A stretch of 64,000 bases of DNA, taken from Akkermansia muciniphila (GTDB lineage: Bacteria; Verrucomicrobiota; Verrucomicrobiia; Limisphaerales; UBA11320). Position 1 is the first letter of the stretch. Each line of letters starts with the position of its first letter. The notes beneath the pieces are model-generated. The model did not search any database and was not told the DNA's origin. It saw only the letters and a list, made by a program, of their open reading frames with translations. A program made the position numbers and the translations under genes. Below, piece by piece: positions 26,413-35,040 of the stretch. The stretch covers positions 3,036-67,035 of the forward strand of contig CAMAVD010000003.1 in NCBI GenBank assembly GCA_945861575.1, in the 5' to 3' direction.

Positions 26413-26683
26413 GTGCGCATCTCAGATTTTTGCAGCGCACCTCGTAATCGTAATCGTAATCGGCTAGCCGTCGTTCTCGCCGCCGAGGCGTTGGTCGTGC
26501 AGTCGGTAGCTCGAGCGAGAGACTTTGGCACGTCCCTGAGAATCGACTCCACCCAGGTGATGAAAGTCAGGGCGGCCTGGTAAACTTCCAGCTTTTCGTG
26601 GTCGAGACGGCGGCTCATGTGACTCCGATTACGATTACGAGGGGGAGCGGATTGACGCGAGTGCAAAATACTGAGATGCGCAC
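26413..26683. mobile_element. 271-bp MITE-like element with terminal inverted repeats and target-site duplication
   Basis: The perfect 13-bp TIRs are gtgcgcatctcag (26413-26425) and ctgagatgcgcac (26671-26683), extendable to 20/23. The 9-bp direct repeat cagttcccc lies immediately outside both ends (26404-26412 and 26684-26692). Subterminal cgtaat x3 and cgatta x2 arrays are in inverted orientation. Confidence 0.65.
26464..26618 (-). pseudogene. truncated, frameshifted four-helix-bundle (23S rRNA intervening-sequence protein family) gene inside the MITE-like element
   Basis: MSRRLDHEKLEVYQAALTFITWVESILRDVPKSLA matches the family N-terminus (..ekL.VYq.A..f......i...lPk). The expected ...DQL.RAs.S..lNIAEG continuation is lost. 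Confidence 0.5.
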
Positions 26684-26705
26684 CAGTTCCCCTTCGAACT
26701 CCTCC

Positions 26706-26737
26706 GCTAGCGGTCCGACATGCTAGCGGTCCGACAT
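26706..26737. repeat. perfect 16-bp tandem duplication gctagcggtccgacat x2
   Basis: Read directly. It lies 14 nt after the MITE target duplication and 38 nt upstream of the hydrolase ATG at 26775. Confidence 0.95.
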
Positions 26738-26774
26738 TGACTCTGGGTGGGTGTTCAGGCTTGGCTCTGGGATC

Positions 26775-27503
26775 ATGTTCGGCGATATCAAGAATCCTCA
26801 GGGCGAGAAACTCGACTATAGCTTTCATCCGGGAAAGGCGGACGTGCGTCACATTGTGGTTCTGGGCCATGGCGTCACGGGGAACAAGGACCGCCCGTTC
26901 TTGGTCGCTCTCGCCGAGGGCCTCTCTGCCGCGGGCATCCCTGTGCTCCGCTTCTCCTATTCCGGCAATGGGACCAGCGGCGGCCGCTTTGTCGATTCGA
27001 CGATCTCCAAGGAGGTGCAGGATCTCGGTAGTGTGATCGATGCGCTCAAAGGGTGGGATGTTGCCTACATCGGCCATAGCATGGGCGGTGCCGTGGGTGT
27101 GGTTCGGGCCAGCCAGGATGCGCGCATCCGCTGGCTGGTCTCCCTGGCTGGGATGGTGCATACACACGACTTTGCCCAGCGGGAATTTGGTATGGTGACG
27201 CCAGATCAGGGCTGCATGTGGGACGAGCCCGCCTGCCCCCTGTCCTCCGCCTACATGCAGGATCTATCCAGCCTGCGCAGCTTGGTCGATCGGGCGCCCC
27301 AGATCCGCGTCCCGTGGCTCCTCGTGCATGGCACGGCCGATGACGTGGTGCCGGTCCAGGATTCGAAGGATATCCTGGCGAAGGCCAACCCGGCCTCGAC
27401 ACGTTTCATAGAGATTGAAGGGTCGAACCATGTTTTTGCAGGTGAACACACGGCCCGCCTGGTGCAAGAAGTCACCGGTTGGCTAGCGACCCAGCTTCGA
27501 TGA
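26775..27503 (+). CDS. alpha/beta hydrolase
   Basis: Nucleophile elbow GHSMGG, late Asp (HGTADDVVP) and His (GSNHVF). An alternative GTG start exists at 26751. Confidence 0.85.
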   Translation: MFGDIKNPQGEKLDYSFHPGKADVRHIVVLGHGVTGNKDRPFLVALAEGLSAAGIPVLRFSYSGNGTSGGRFVDSTISKEVQDLGSVIDALKGWDVAYIGHSMGGAVGVVRASQDARIRWLVSLAGMVHTHDFAQREFGMVTPDQGCMWDEPACPLSSAYMQDLSSLRSLVDRAPQIRVPWLLVHGTADDVVPVQDSKDILAKANPASTRFIEIEGSNHVFAGEHTARLVQEVTGWLATQLR

Positions 27504-28258
27504 AACTCATCTCGTGGAATGTGAACGGAATCCGTGCCGCTCTCAAGAAAGGCTTGGATTCGTTCGTCGAGTCGGAGTCGCCGGACATCGTGTGTTTCCA
27601 GGAGATCAAGGCACGCGAGGAGCAGGTCCCGGAACTTCTGTTCGCGGCTGGCTACAATCGCTACTGGAATTCAGCGGATAAGCCCGGCTATTCGGGCACG
27701 GCGATCTTCTCACGGGTGAAGCCCCTCAAGGTGACCCTCGGGATCGGTGACGACGCGCATGATCGGGAAGGGCGGGTGATCACGGCGGAGTATGCGGACT
27801 TTCAAGTGGTGAATGTCTACACGCCCAACTCCAAACGCGATCTGTCGCGGCTCGGCTACCGGGTTGGGGGATGGGAGCCTGCTTTCCGCGCATTTTTGAA
27901 GACCCTCGACCACAAGAAACCGGTTCTGATTTGTGGGGATTTGAATGTGGCCCATCAAGAGATCGACTTGGCCAATCCGAGGACCAATGTGCGGAACGCC
28001 GGGTTTACTGTCGAGGAGCGGCGGGAGTTCGGCAATCTGCTTGAAGCGGGTTATCTAGACAGTTTTCGAGAGTTTGAGAAGGCGGGAGGCCACTACACGT
28101 GGTGGAGTCTCATGACCGGTGCGCGTGCTCGGAACATTGGGTGGCGCATCGACTACTTCCTCCTCTCAGGCCGCTTTCGTCCTGCCCTGAAGTCGGCCTT
28201 CATCCTGCCCAAAGTGATGGGCTCGGATCATTGTCCTGTAGGCGTGACTTTGTCCTGA
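27500..28258 (+). CDS. xth: exodeoxyribonuclease III
   Basis: Motifs MKLISWNVNGIRA, CFQEIK, ...GDLNVAH... and ...SDHCPV. The start overlaps the upstream stop as ATGA. Confidence 0.95.
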   Translation: MKLISWNVNGIRAALKKGLDSFVESESPDIVCFQEIKAREEQVPELLFAAGYNRYWNSADKPGYSGTAIFSRVKPLKVTLGIGDDAHDREGRVITAEYADFQVVNVYTPNSKRDLSRLGYRVGGWEPAFRAFLKTLDHKKPVLICGDLNVAHQEIDLANPRTNVRNAGFTVEERREFGNLLEAGYLDSFREFEKAGGHYTWWSLMTGARARNIGWRIDYFLLSGRFRPALKSAFILPKVMGSDHCPVGVTLS

Positions 28259-28295
28259 AAGGCCCGCAGACTGTCTCCGCAGATCTACTCATCCT

Positions 28296-29249
28296 ATGAA
28301 CGCACCTAGTCTCAAGTCCCTTGTTGGCCTCGCCTTGGCCGCTCTGCTGCTCGCTTCCACCGCCTCCGCCGCTCAGACGGGCGTTCCTCGGAGGGTGCTT
28401 GCGGGCGACGACTCCACCCGCCGACTCGCCATCATTTCTCCCAACGGATCGATCGAGTGGGAGATGAAGGTGGGGGCAATCCACGATGCCTGGATCCTTC
28501 CCAATGGGAATATCCTCACCCAGCAGGGATGGCAAAAGGTGGTTGAGGTCACCCGGGATCACCAGGTGGTCTGGGAATACAACTCTGGAACGCAGAACGG
28601 CAACGCCGGAAAGCGCGTCGAGGTGCATGCCTTCCAGCGTTTGCCCAATGGCCGAACGATGATCGCCGAGTCCGGCCCGAGCCGGATCATCGAAGTGGAC
28701 GCCAAGGGTGCGATCCGGCATGAGATCCGAATGAAGGTCAATCATCCCAATCCGCATAGCGACACCCGTCTTGTGCGTCGGCTTTCGAATGGACGCTACC
28801 TGGTAGCCCATGAGAGCGACGGCGCTGTCCGGGAGTATGATCGCAAGGGAACGGTTGTCTGGGAGTACGAAGTGCCTCTGTTCGGCAAGCAGCCCAAGGG
28901 AGGGCACGGGCCTGAGGCCTTTGGAAATCAGGTTTTCTCAGCCATACGACTCAAGAATGGCAACACCCTGATCGGCACCGGCAATGGGCATAGCGTGCTC
29001 GAGGTGACCCCGAAGAAGGAGATTGTCTGGAAGGTGGAGCAGAATGATCTTCCAGGCATCACCCTTGCGTGGGTCACACGAGTTGAGCGTCTCGCCAACG
29101 GAAACACCTTGATTGGAAACTGCCATGCGGGGCCAGAGAATCCCCAGATCATTGAAGTTACTCCGCAGAAGCAGGTCGTTTGGACCTTCAAGGACTTTAA
29201 GAACTTCGGCAATTCCATGCCGGTCCAGACGCTCGTGGACGCCCGCTGA
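28296..29249 (+). CDS. secreted beta-propeller repeat protein (PQQ-like/BamB-like repeats)
   Basis: It has a signal peptide and five or six repeats of ...NGN(T/I)L(I/T)... + ...VVWE(Y/...). Confidence 0.7.
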   Translation: MNAPSLKSLVGLALAALLLASTASAAQTGVPRRVLAGDDSTRRLAIISPNGSIEWEMKVGAIHDAWILPNGNILTQQGWQKVVEVTRDHQVVWEYNSGTQNGNAGKRVEVHAFQRLPNGRTMIAESGPSRIIEVDAKGAIRHEIRMKVNHPNPHSDTRLVRRLSNGRYLVAHESDGAVREYDRKGTVVWEYEVPLFGKQPKGGHGPEAFGNQVFSAIRLKNGNTLIGTGNGHSVLEVTPKKEIVWKVEQNDLPGITLAWVTRVERLANGNTLIGNCHAGPENPQIIEVTPQKQVVWTFKDFKNFGNSMPVQTLVDAR

Positions 29250-29288
29250 TCCTCGGCTCAGCCCGATCCACTCCAGTCTCACTTTCGC

Positions 29289-30689
29289 ATGGCTGACACC
29301 TTACAACGGACCGCACGGCTCCAGAAAATCGTGGGGGCGGACCAGGTTCTCACCAGCCCGGAGGATCTTCTCTCCTACTCCTTCGACGGCACGGCGGCGA
29401 TGCAGCAGCTTCCCGGGGTGGTGGTGATGGTGTCGTCAACGGAGCACGTGCGGGATGTTCTGCGTCTGGCGAATGAGTTAGGCTGTCCGGTGGTCACTCG
29501 GGGATCGGGCACTGGATTGAGCGGGGGAAGCCTTCCGGTTCCGAATTGTATCGTGCTTTGCACCGCGCGGATGAATCGGATCCTGGAGGTGGATGCCGCC
29601 AACCTAACCCTGATGGCGGAGCCGGGTGTGACGACCCAGGCCATTGCCGAAGCGGCAGCCAGCGTGGGCCTTTTTTACCCACCCGACCCGGGGTCGATGA
29701 AGATCTCCACCATTGGCGGGAATGTGGCGGAGAATTCGGGGGGGTTGCGCGGTTTGAAGTACGGGGTCACCCGAAACTACGTCATGGGATTGGAAGTGGT
29801 GCTCCCCGACGGCGAGGTGCTGTGGACCGGGAACAAGTGTGTCAAGGACGTGGCGGGCTACAGCTTGCGGGATCTGTTCATCGGCAGCGAGGGGACACTG
29901 GGTGTGATGACCAAAGTGCTCCTGCGTTTGATTCCTAAGCCTGCCGCGAAACGAACTCTAGTCGCCACCTTCGATGCCATGGATCGCGCGGCTCAGACCG
30001 TGAGCGACATCATCGCGGCGCGGATTATCCCCTGCACCCTGGAGTTCCTGGACCGCACCACCATTCATTGCGTAGAAGACTTTGCCAAGGTGGGATTGCC
30101 CTTGAACTGCGAGGCGCTCTTGCTGATGGAGACCGATGGGCATCCTGTCGTGGTTGCGGAAGAGGCGGCGCAGATGGAGGCGATTGCGCGTGCCCAGGGC
30201 TGCATGGAGATTCGAGTCGCGCAGACAGAGGCCGAGGCCCAGCAGCTCTCCACGGCCCGGCGGAGTGCCTTCAGCGCTCTGGCTCGTCTGGCACCGACGA
30301 CGATTCTGGAGGACGCCACCGTGCCTCGGAGCGAGTTGGCACGGATGATCCGCTTCGTTGCGGAGGTGGCCAAGAAGTATCGATTGAGGGTTGGCACCTT
30401 CGGCCATATGGGCGATGGGAACCTTCATCCCACGTTCCTGACCGACGAGCGCAATCTCGACGAAATGCATCGGGTGGAGGAGGCCTTCAAGGAGATCTTC
30501 GAGGAGGCTATCCGCTTGGGAGGCACCATCACTGGAGAGCATGGGGTGGGCTTGGCGAAGAAAAGCTTTCTCCCCCGGTTCGCTGGCGATGCTCAGATGA
30601 GAGTCCTTCGCGAGTTGCGCAAGGCTTTGGACCCGTCCGGGCTCCTGAATCCCGGCAAGATGTTCGACCCCGCCAAAGGCCCTGCATGA
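29289..30689 (+). CDS. glcD: FAD-linked oxidase, glycolate oxidase subunit GlcD-like
   Basis: 466 aa with FAD-binding PCMH motifs (RGSGTGLSGG, GGNVAENSGG) and a C-terminal GEHGVG. Confidence 0.9.
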   Translation: MADTLQRTARLQKIVGADQVLTSPEDLLSYSFDGTAAMQQLPGVVVMVSSTEHVRDVLRLANELGCPVVTRGSGTGLSGGSLPVPNCIVLCTARMNRILEVDAANLTLMAEPGVTTQAIAEAAASVGLFYPPDPGSMKISTIGGNVAENSGGLRGLKYGVTRNYVMGLEVVLPDGEVLWTGNKCVKDVAGYSLRDLFIGSEGTLGVMTKVLLRLIPKPAAKRTLVATFDAMDRAAQTVSDIIAARIIPCTLEFLDRTTIHCVEDFAKVGLPLNCEALLLMETDGHPVVVAEEAAQMEAIARAQGCMEIRVAQTEAEAQQLSTARRSAFSALARLAPTTILEDATVPRSELARMIRFVAEVAKKYRLRVGTFGHMGDGNLHPTFLTDERNLDEMHRVEEAFKEIFEEAIRLGGTITGEHGVGLAKKSFLPRFAGDAQMRVLRELRKALDPSGLLNPGKMFDPAKGPA

Positions 30690-31174
30690 GCGAGACGAAA
30701 CCGCCCATCTCCTTTCTTCAGCTGGCCCGGCATGCCAGTTCGCTTTCCTGCGCCGTCGCTGCCGGCTTTCTTTACTCACTCAAGCGGGTCAACCCCGCGC
30801 TTGAGCTCGAACTGGGAGTCGGCAGCCTGATTGCGGCGGTTTTTGGGTGGTGGATGTCCGTGTTCCTCTGGCGGCAAGCGCTGGCGTTGGCGGCTCGTCG
30901 TGCTCAGGGAGAAGACGACCAGGCTCTCCGGCGGCAGCAGTGGGCGCTCTACGGGGCGGCCACGCTCCTGCTTGGCTCGATGATGCTTTGCTATCTGTTC
31001 GCCTTGAAGGATGTGCGAGGCTCCGCCCTCCTGCAGGTGCTTCAGGGGACCGGCCTCGCGCTGTTGGTCATCGCGGGCATTTGCGTGGTGATGGTCCGGA
31101 TCATACGTCTGCTCAACCTGAATCCACCGGCCGATGGGTCGACGGGCGAGCCTCCCCCACACCATGACCCATGA
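30686..31174 (+). CDS. hypothetical integral membrane protein (about 4 TM) between glcD and glcF
   Basis: Starts MSETKPPISF... with ATGA overlaps at both ends (30686-30689 and 31171-31174). It contains hydrophobic helices. The rest of the 368-aa track ORF overlaps glcD out of frame. Confidence 0.6.
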   Translation: MSETKPPISFLQLARHASSLSCAVAAGFLYSLKRVNPALELELGVGSLIAAVFGWWMSVFLWRQALALAARRAQGEDDQALRRQQWALYGAATLLLGSMMLCYLFALKDVRGSALLQVLQGTGLALLVIAGICVVMVRIIRLLNLNPPADGSTGEPPPHHDP

Positions 31175-32484
31175 GCCCTCCTGGACGACAGTCTCCGCTC
31201 AAGGGTCTTGACTACTCGGTGGTGCAGCAATGCATGCACTGCGGGTTGTGCCTGCCGACCTGTCCCACCTATGACGCCACGAAGCTGGAGCGAAACAGCC
31301 CGCGGGGTCGAATCGCCTTGATGCGTGCGGTGGCGGACGATCGTTTGACGCCGAGCAAGGCCTTCGCTGAGGAGATGTACTTCTGTTTGGGTTGCCTAGC
31401 CTGCATGACCGCGTGCCCAGCGGGTGTGAATTATGCCGAGCTCTTTGAGAATGCTCGGGCCGAGGCGGAACAGTCAGGTGTTCTCGATTCGCCGCGTCGA
31501 ACCTTGCTGCGCACGCTGGTTCTCAAATGGTTGTTTGGAGATTTACGACGTTTGCGTTTTGTGGGCGCATTGCTGCGGTTCTACCAGAGATGGGGCCTTC
31601 AAGCTTTCGTGCGCCGTTCGGGAGTGCTTCGTCTGATGCCGCCTCGTTTGCAAGAGCTTGAGGCGATGACCCCTGTGGTTCAGCCACGGGTCTCCTCGCA
31701 GCTGATCGCACCTCTAACCCCGGCGCAGGGCACGCGCCGTTTTCGGGTCGCGGTATTGACCGGGTGTGCACAGGATCTGATGTTCAGTGACGTGAATCGA
31801 GATACGGTGGAGGTGCTCGCCCGCAACGGATGCGAGGTGTTCACGCCCGCCCGCCAAGTTTGCTGCGGGTCGCTTCACGCCCACAATGGCGAGTTAGATC
31901 AGGCGAGGGATCAGGCCCGCCGCCAAATCGATCTTCTGCCGCCCGATCAGTTTGATGCCATCATCACCAACGCGGCCGGCTGCGGCTCTCATCTCAAACA
32001 CTACTCGGCGCTGCTGTCGGACGATCCGCGTTACGCGCAGCTGGCGAAAGCCTGGGATGGGAAGGTCAAAGACATCCATGAGTGGTTGGCGATGATTGGG
32101 ATCGAGCCTCCGCAGGGTAGACTGAATCCAGAGTCGCGCGTCACGTATCATGAGGCCTGTCATTTGTGCCATGGACAGAAAATCACGACGCAGCCGCGTC
32201 AAGTGCTCCGGGCGGTTCCAGGGGTTACGCTCGTGGAGCTTCCTGAGAGCACCTGGTGCTGTGGCAGTGCCGGCATTTATAACCTCATCCAGCCCGAGAT
32301 GGCGGGGCAGCTCCTGGATCGGAAGGTCGGGCATATTCTTTCGACCGAGGTGGACACCGTCGCGACCGGTAATCCTGGCTGCCTGCTCCAGGTCCGCCAG
32401 GGCATGAGCCAGCGCGGCAAAGCAGTTCGTGTGGTTCATCCGGTCACACTTCTAGCAGAAGCCTATCGTCGCGAGCGGGCCTAG
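31171..32484 (+). CDS. glcF: (Fe-S)-binding oxidoreductase, GlcF-like
   Basis: Two ferredoxin-type clusters (CMHCGLCLPTCP, CLGCLACMTACP) and two CCG motifs (VCCGS, WCCGSAG). Confidence 0.85.
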   Translation: MSPPGRQSPLKGLDYSVVQQCMHCGLCLPTCPTYDATKLERNSPRGRIALMRAVADDRLTPSKAFAEEMYFCLGCLACMTACPAGVNYAELFENARAEAEQSGVLDSPRRTLLRTLVLKWLFGDLRRLRFVGALLRFYQRWGLQAFVRRSGVLRLMPPRLQELEAMTPVVQPRVSSQLIAPLTPAQGTRRFRVAVLTGCAQDLMFSDVNRDTVEVLARNGCEVFTPARQVCCGSLHAHNGELDQARDQARRQIDLLPPDQFDAIITNAAGCGSHLKHYSALLSDDPRYAQLAKAWDGKVKDIHEWLAMIGIEPPQGRLNPESRVTYHEACHLCHGQKITTQPRQVLRAVPGVTLVELPESTWCCGSAGIYNLIQPEMAGQLLDRKVGHILSTEVDTVATGNPGCLLQVRQGMSQRGKAVRVVHPVTLLAEAYRRERA

Positions 32485-32528
32485 CAGGCCGTTGGCCTGC
32501 TGGAATCAAAATCCGGCTGCCGGATTTT
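32483..32528. terminator. double-hairpin dispersed repeat, copy 3 (terminator-like)
   Basis: agcaggcc gtt ggcctgct, then aaaatccgg ctg ccggatttt. It begins within the glcF stop codon. A and T tracts flank the second stem, so it could act bidirectionally. Confidence 0.65.
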
Positions 32529-32844
32529 GAGAAGACTCCATCGCTCCTCTGTTCAACCTAGAAACGCGACTTTAGCGGCGTCGAGATGCGCACAAGCTTG
32601 AGTGAGCCTGGCTTGAGTCGAGCGGCCCTGTCCGCCAGCGCCTTGTGCAACGGCGGAAGGCGTCTCCGGAAGGGGATACGGCGAGGTTCGACGAAGGTCA
32701 TGCTCGCCAAGATCTTGCGTCAGAGCGGTGCCGGGTAACTCGCGTTTCTAGGCCAGTCGGTTATTCCGGCCTAAACCCTTTCGTCGAGCCGCCGATCATG
32801 GAGTGGGAAGAGAAGCGTCCATAAGCCCTGCGATTTATTGAACT

Positions 32845-35022
32845 ATGAATTTGGAACAGAGGAACCAGTTTAAGCAGCTCGTCGAGAAGATCAGTCTAGA
32901 GTTGGTGTTTGCCCAGGCTGGGTCGGACTCAGGTCTGCTTCCCGCGAACAGCATCCTTGCACAACTAGAGGAGCTTCCTATCGCCGCTTCGGGGCAGCAG
33001 GGGATTGCCGAGGCGGTTACCTTGGCGCGGAAGTGGATCGATGGTGCCTTAGAGACTACTGCCACCTTTGATGCCCAGACCATCAAACTTCTAGGGGAGT
33101 GGTGTGAGTGGGGGCAGAACGCCGCGGATGCCTGGATCGGTGATGTGCCGATACCGGCGGTTCCCGCGGCATGGCGCACGGCGGTCAGTGTCCCCGCCGC
33201 CACTGCCGGATCCTCCAATGCGGGCGGGGCTCATCGCCTGGCCGAGCCCGAACCCGATGCTCCGCTTCTGATGAACATTGAGGCCGACGGCGACCTGCTT
33301 CGCGAGTTTGCGAACGAGTCCCAGGAGCACCTTCAGAATATTGAGCAAGGAGTGCTCGTGCTCGAGGACAGTCCTCGAGATCGGGATACCTTGAATTCGA
33401 TCTTCCGCGCATTCCACACCTTCAAAGGAGGTTCTGGCCTGCTCAATCTCATGCCGATGAACCGCACGGCGCATGAATTGGAAAATCTGCTTGATCTCGC
33501 CCGGCAGGATAAACTTCAGATCACCCTGGAGATCATCAACATCATTCTCGAGGGTGGCGACGCCCTGAAGCAGTACATCGATGAGATGAATCAGCAGCTG
33601 TCGGGTGCGAAGCCGCCCGGCCCGATTCTGGTTCGTACACGCGACTTGATCGTGAGGGTCCGCGCTGCCGCGGCAGGATCGGTGATTCCACCTCCTGCCG
33701 CTGTTCCAAGCCCTTCCGTGCCCGCGGCGCCGGCGGCTGCATCAGACGTGTCGCCCAGCGCTCCAACCCACGCGGCGGCAGATTCAAAAGGGGTGCCCGC
33801 TTCCAGCGGACATGCCCGGACTGCGGCGACGACAGGCGGTGCGGTGGTCAAGGTGGACACCTTCAAGCTGGATAGCCTGGTGGATCTGGTCGGTGAGATG
33901 GTTATCGCTCAATCGATGGTTCAGCTCGATCCCCAAGTCGCGAAGCTGAACAATCAGAACTTGAATCGCAACATGGCTCAGCTGGGTCGGATTACCAAGG
34001 AGCTTCAGCGAATTGCCATGTCGATGCGCATGGTTCCCATACGCCCTACATTCCAGAAGATGAACCGGCTGGTCCGGGACGTTGCGGCGAAGCAGGGGAA
34101 GCAGGTTGATCTGGTTCTCACCGGCGAGGATACGGAGCTGGATCGCACGATTGTCGAGGAGATCAGCGACCCGCTGGTGCACATGATCCGCAATGCCGTG
34201 GATCACGGCATTGAGCAGCCAGCCACCCGAACGGCTGCCGGGAAGTCCGCCCACGGAACCATCCGATTGAGCGCCTACCATCAGGGCGGGAATATCGTCA
34301 TCCAGATCAAGGACGACGGCGGTGGTTTGCGGAAGGACAAGATTATCAAGAAAGCGATTGAAAACGGGATTATCAGACCCGACCAGCAGTTGCCTGATAA
34401 GGAAATTTTCGATCTAATTTTTGCTCCGGGCTTCTCCACGGCGGATCAGGTGACCGATATCTCCGGCCGCGGGGTCGGGATGGATGTGGTGAAGCGAAAT
34501 ATTGAGAAGCTTCGAGGCAAGGTTGAGATCGATTCCGTTGTTGGGCAGGGATCTGTCTTCAACATCTATCTCCCCCTCACCCTCGCCATCATTGACGGCC
34601 TGATTATCAATGTGGGCAAAGAGCGGTTCATCCTGCCGACACTGTCCGTGCGTGAATCCTTCCGTCCCACACCTCAAATGATTTCGACGGTTCACGAACG
34701 GGGCGAGATGGTCAATGTGCGGGGGCGTCTCTACCCGCTGTTGCGTCTTTACGAGGCCTTTAACATCAAGCCCAAGTCCGAAAAGATCGAAGAGGGGATC
34801 GTGATCGTGATCGAGGCTGGACAGGATGTCCGCTGTCTTCTGGTGGATCAGCTTGTCGGCAAGCAAGAGGTGGTGATCAAGAGTTTGGGAGAGACCTTCC
34901 GGGCGAATCCAGCGGTCGCCGGCGCTGCGATCATGGGAGATGGCCGCGTGGGGCTGATTCTTGACGTGAACACCCTCGTTCGAGTTCGACAGCTCACGGC
35001 TAGCCTTGTCCGAGCGGCCTAG
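32845..35022 (+). CDS. cheA: chemotaxis histidine kinase CheA
   Basis: Hpt domain (FRAFHTFKGGSG), dimerisation and HATPase domains (DHGIE, GRGVGMDVV) and a C-terminal CheW-like domain. About 150 extra N-terminal residues are present. Confidence 0.9.
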   Translation: MNLEQRNQFKQLVEKISLELVFAQAGSDSGLLPANSILAQLEELPIAASGQQGIAEAVTLARKWIDGALETTATFDAQTIKLLGEWCEWGQNAADAWIGDVPIPAVPAAWRTAVSVPAATAGSSNAGGAHRLAEPEPDAPLLMNIEADGDLLREFANESQEHLQNIEQGVLVLEDSPRDRDTLNSIFRAFHTFKGGSGLLNLMPMNRTAHELENLLDLARQDKLQITLEIINIILEGGDALKQYIDEMNQQLSGAKPPGPILVRTRDLIVRVRAAAAGSVIPPPAAVPSPSVPAAPAAASDVSPSAPTHAAADSKGVPASSGHARTAATTGGAVVKVDTFKLDSLVDLVGEMVIAQSMVQLDPQVAKLNNQNLNRNMAQLGRITKELQRIAMSMRMVPIRPTFQKMNRLVRDVAAKQGKQVDLVLTGEDTELDRTIVEEISDPLVHMIRNAVDHGIEQPATRTAAGKSAHGTIRLSAYHQGGNIVIQIKDDGGGLRKDKIIKKAIENGIIRPDQQLPDKEIFDLIFAPGFSTADQVTDISGRGVGMDVVKRNIEKLRGKVEIDSVVGQGSVFNIYLPLTLAIIDGLIINVGKERFILPTLSVRESFRPTPQMISTVHERGEMVNVRGRLYPLLRLYEAFNIKPKSEKIEEGIVIVIEAGQDVRCLLVDQLVGKQEVVIKSLGETFRANPAVAGAAIMGDGRVGLILDVNTLVRVRQLTASLVRAA

Positions 35023-35040
35023 CCGGCCCTCTGACTTCGA

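Noticed and set aside
26526-26541. Sigma-54 promoter (TGGCAC...), sought because an NtrC-family activator is present
   Set aside because: TGGCACgtcccTGAG lacks the TTGC -12 element and lies inside the MITE-like element. Other TGGCAC occurrences (for example near 57640) are inside CDSs with wrong spacing. I found no convincing -24/-12 site.
25620-27167. 515-aa minus-strand ORF spanning the DUF1080 gene, the MITE-like element and the antisense of the alpha/beta hydrolase
   Set aside because: Only the last 242 codons (from MKLTLF... at 26348) look like a real protein with a signal peptide. The upstream part is read-through across non-coding repeats and the shadow of the plus-strand hydrolase gene.
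30068-31174. 368-aa plus-strand ORF taken as one gene
   Set aside because: The first 206 codons overlap glcD out of frame and are Arg/Gly-rich. Only the part from the ATG at 30686 (hydrophobic helices, ATGA coupling) is plausible.
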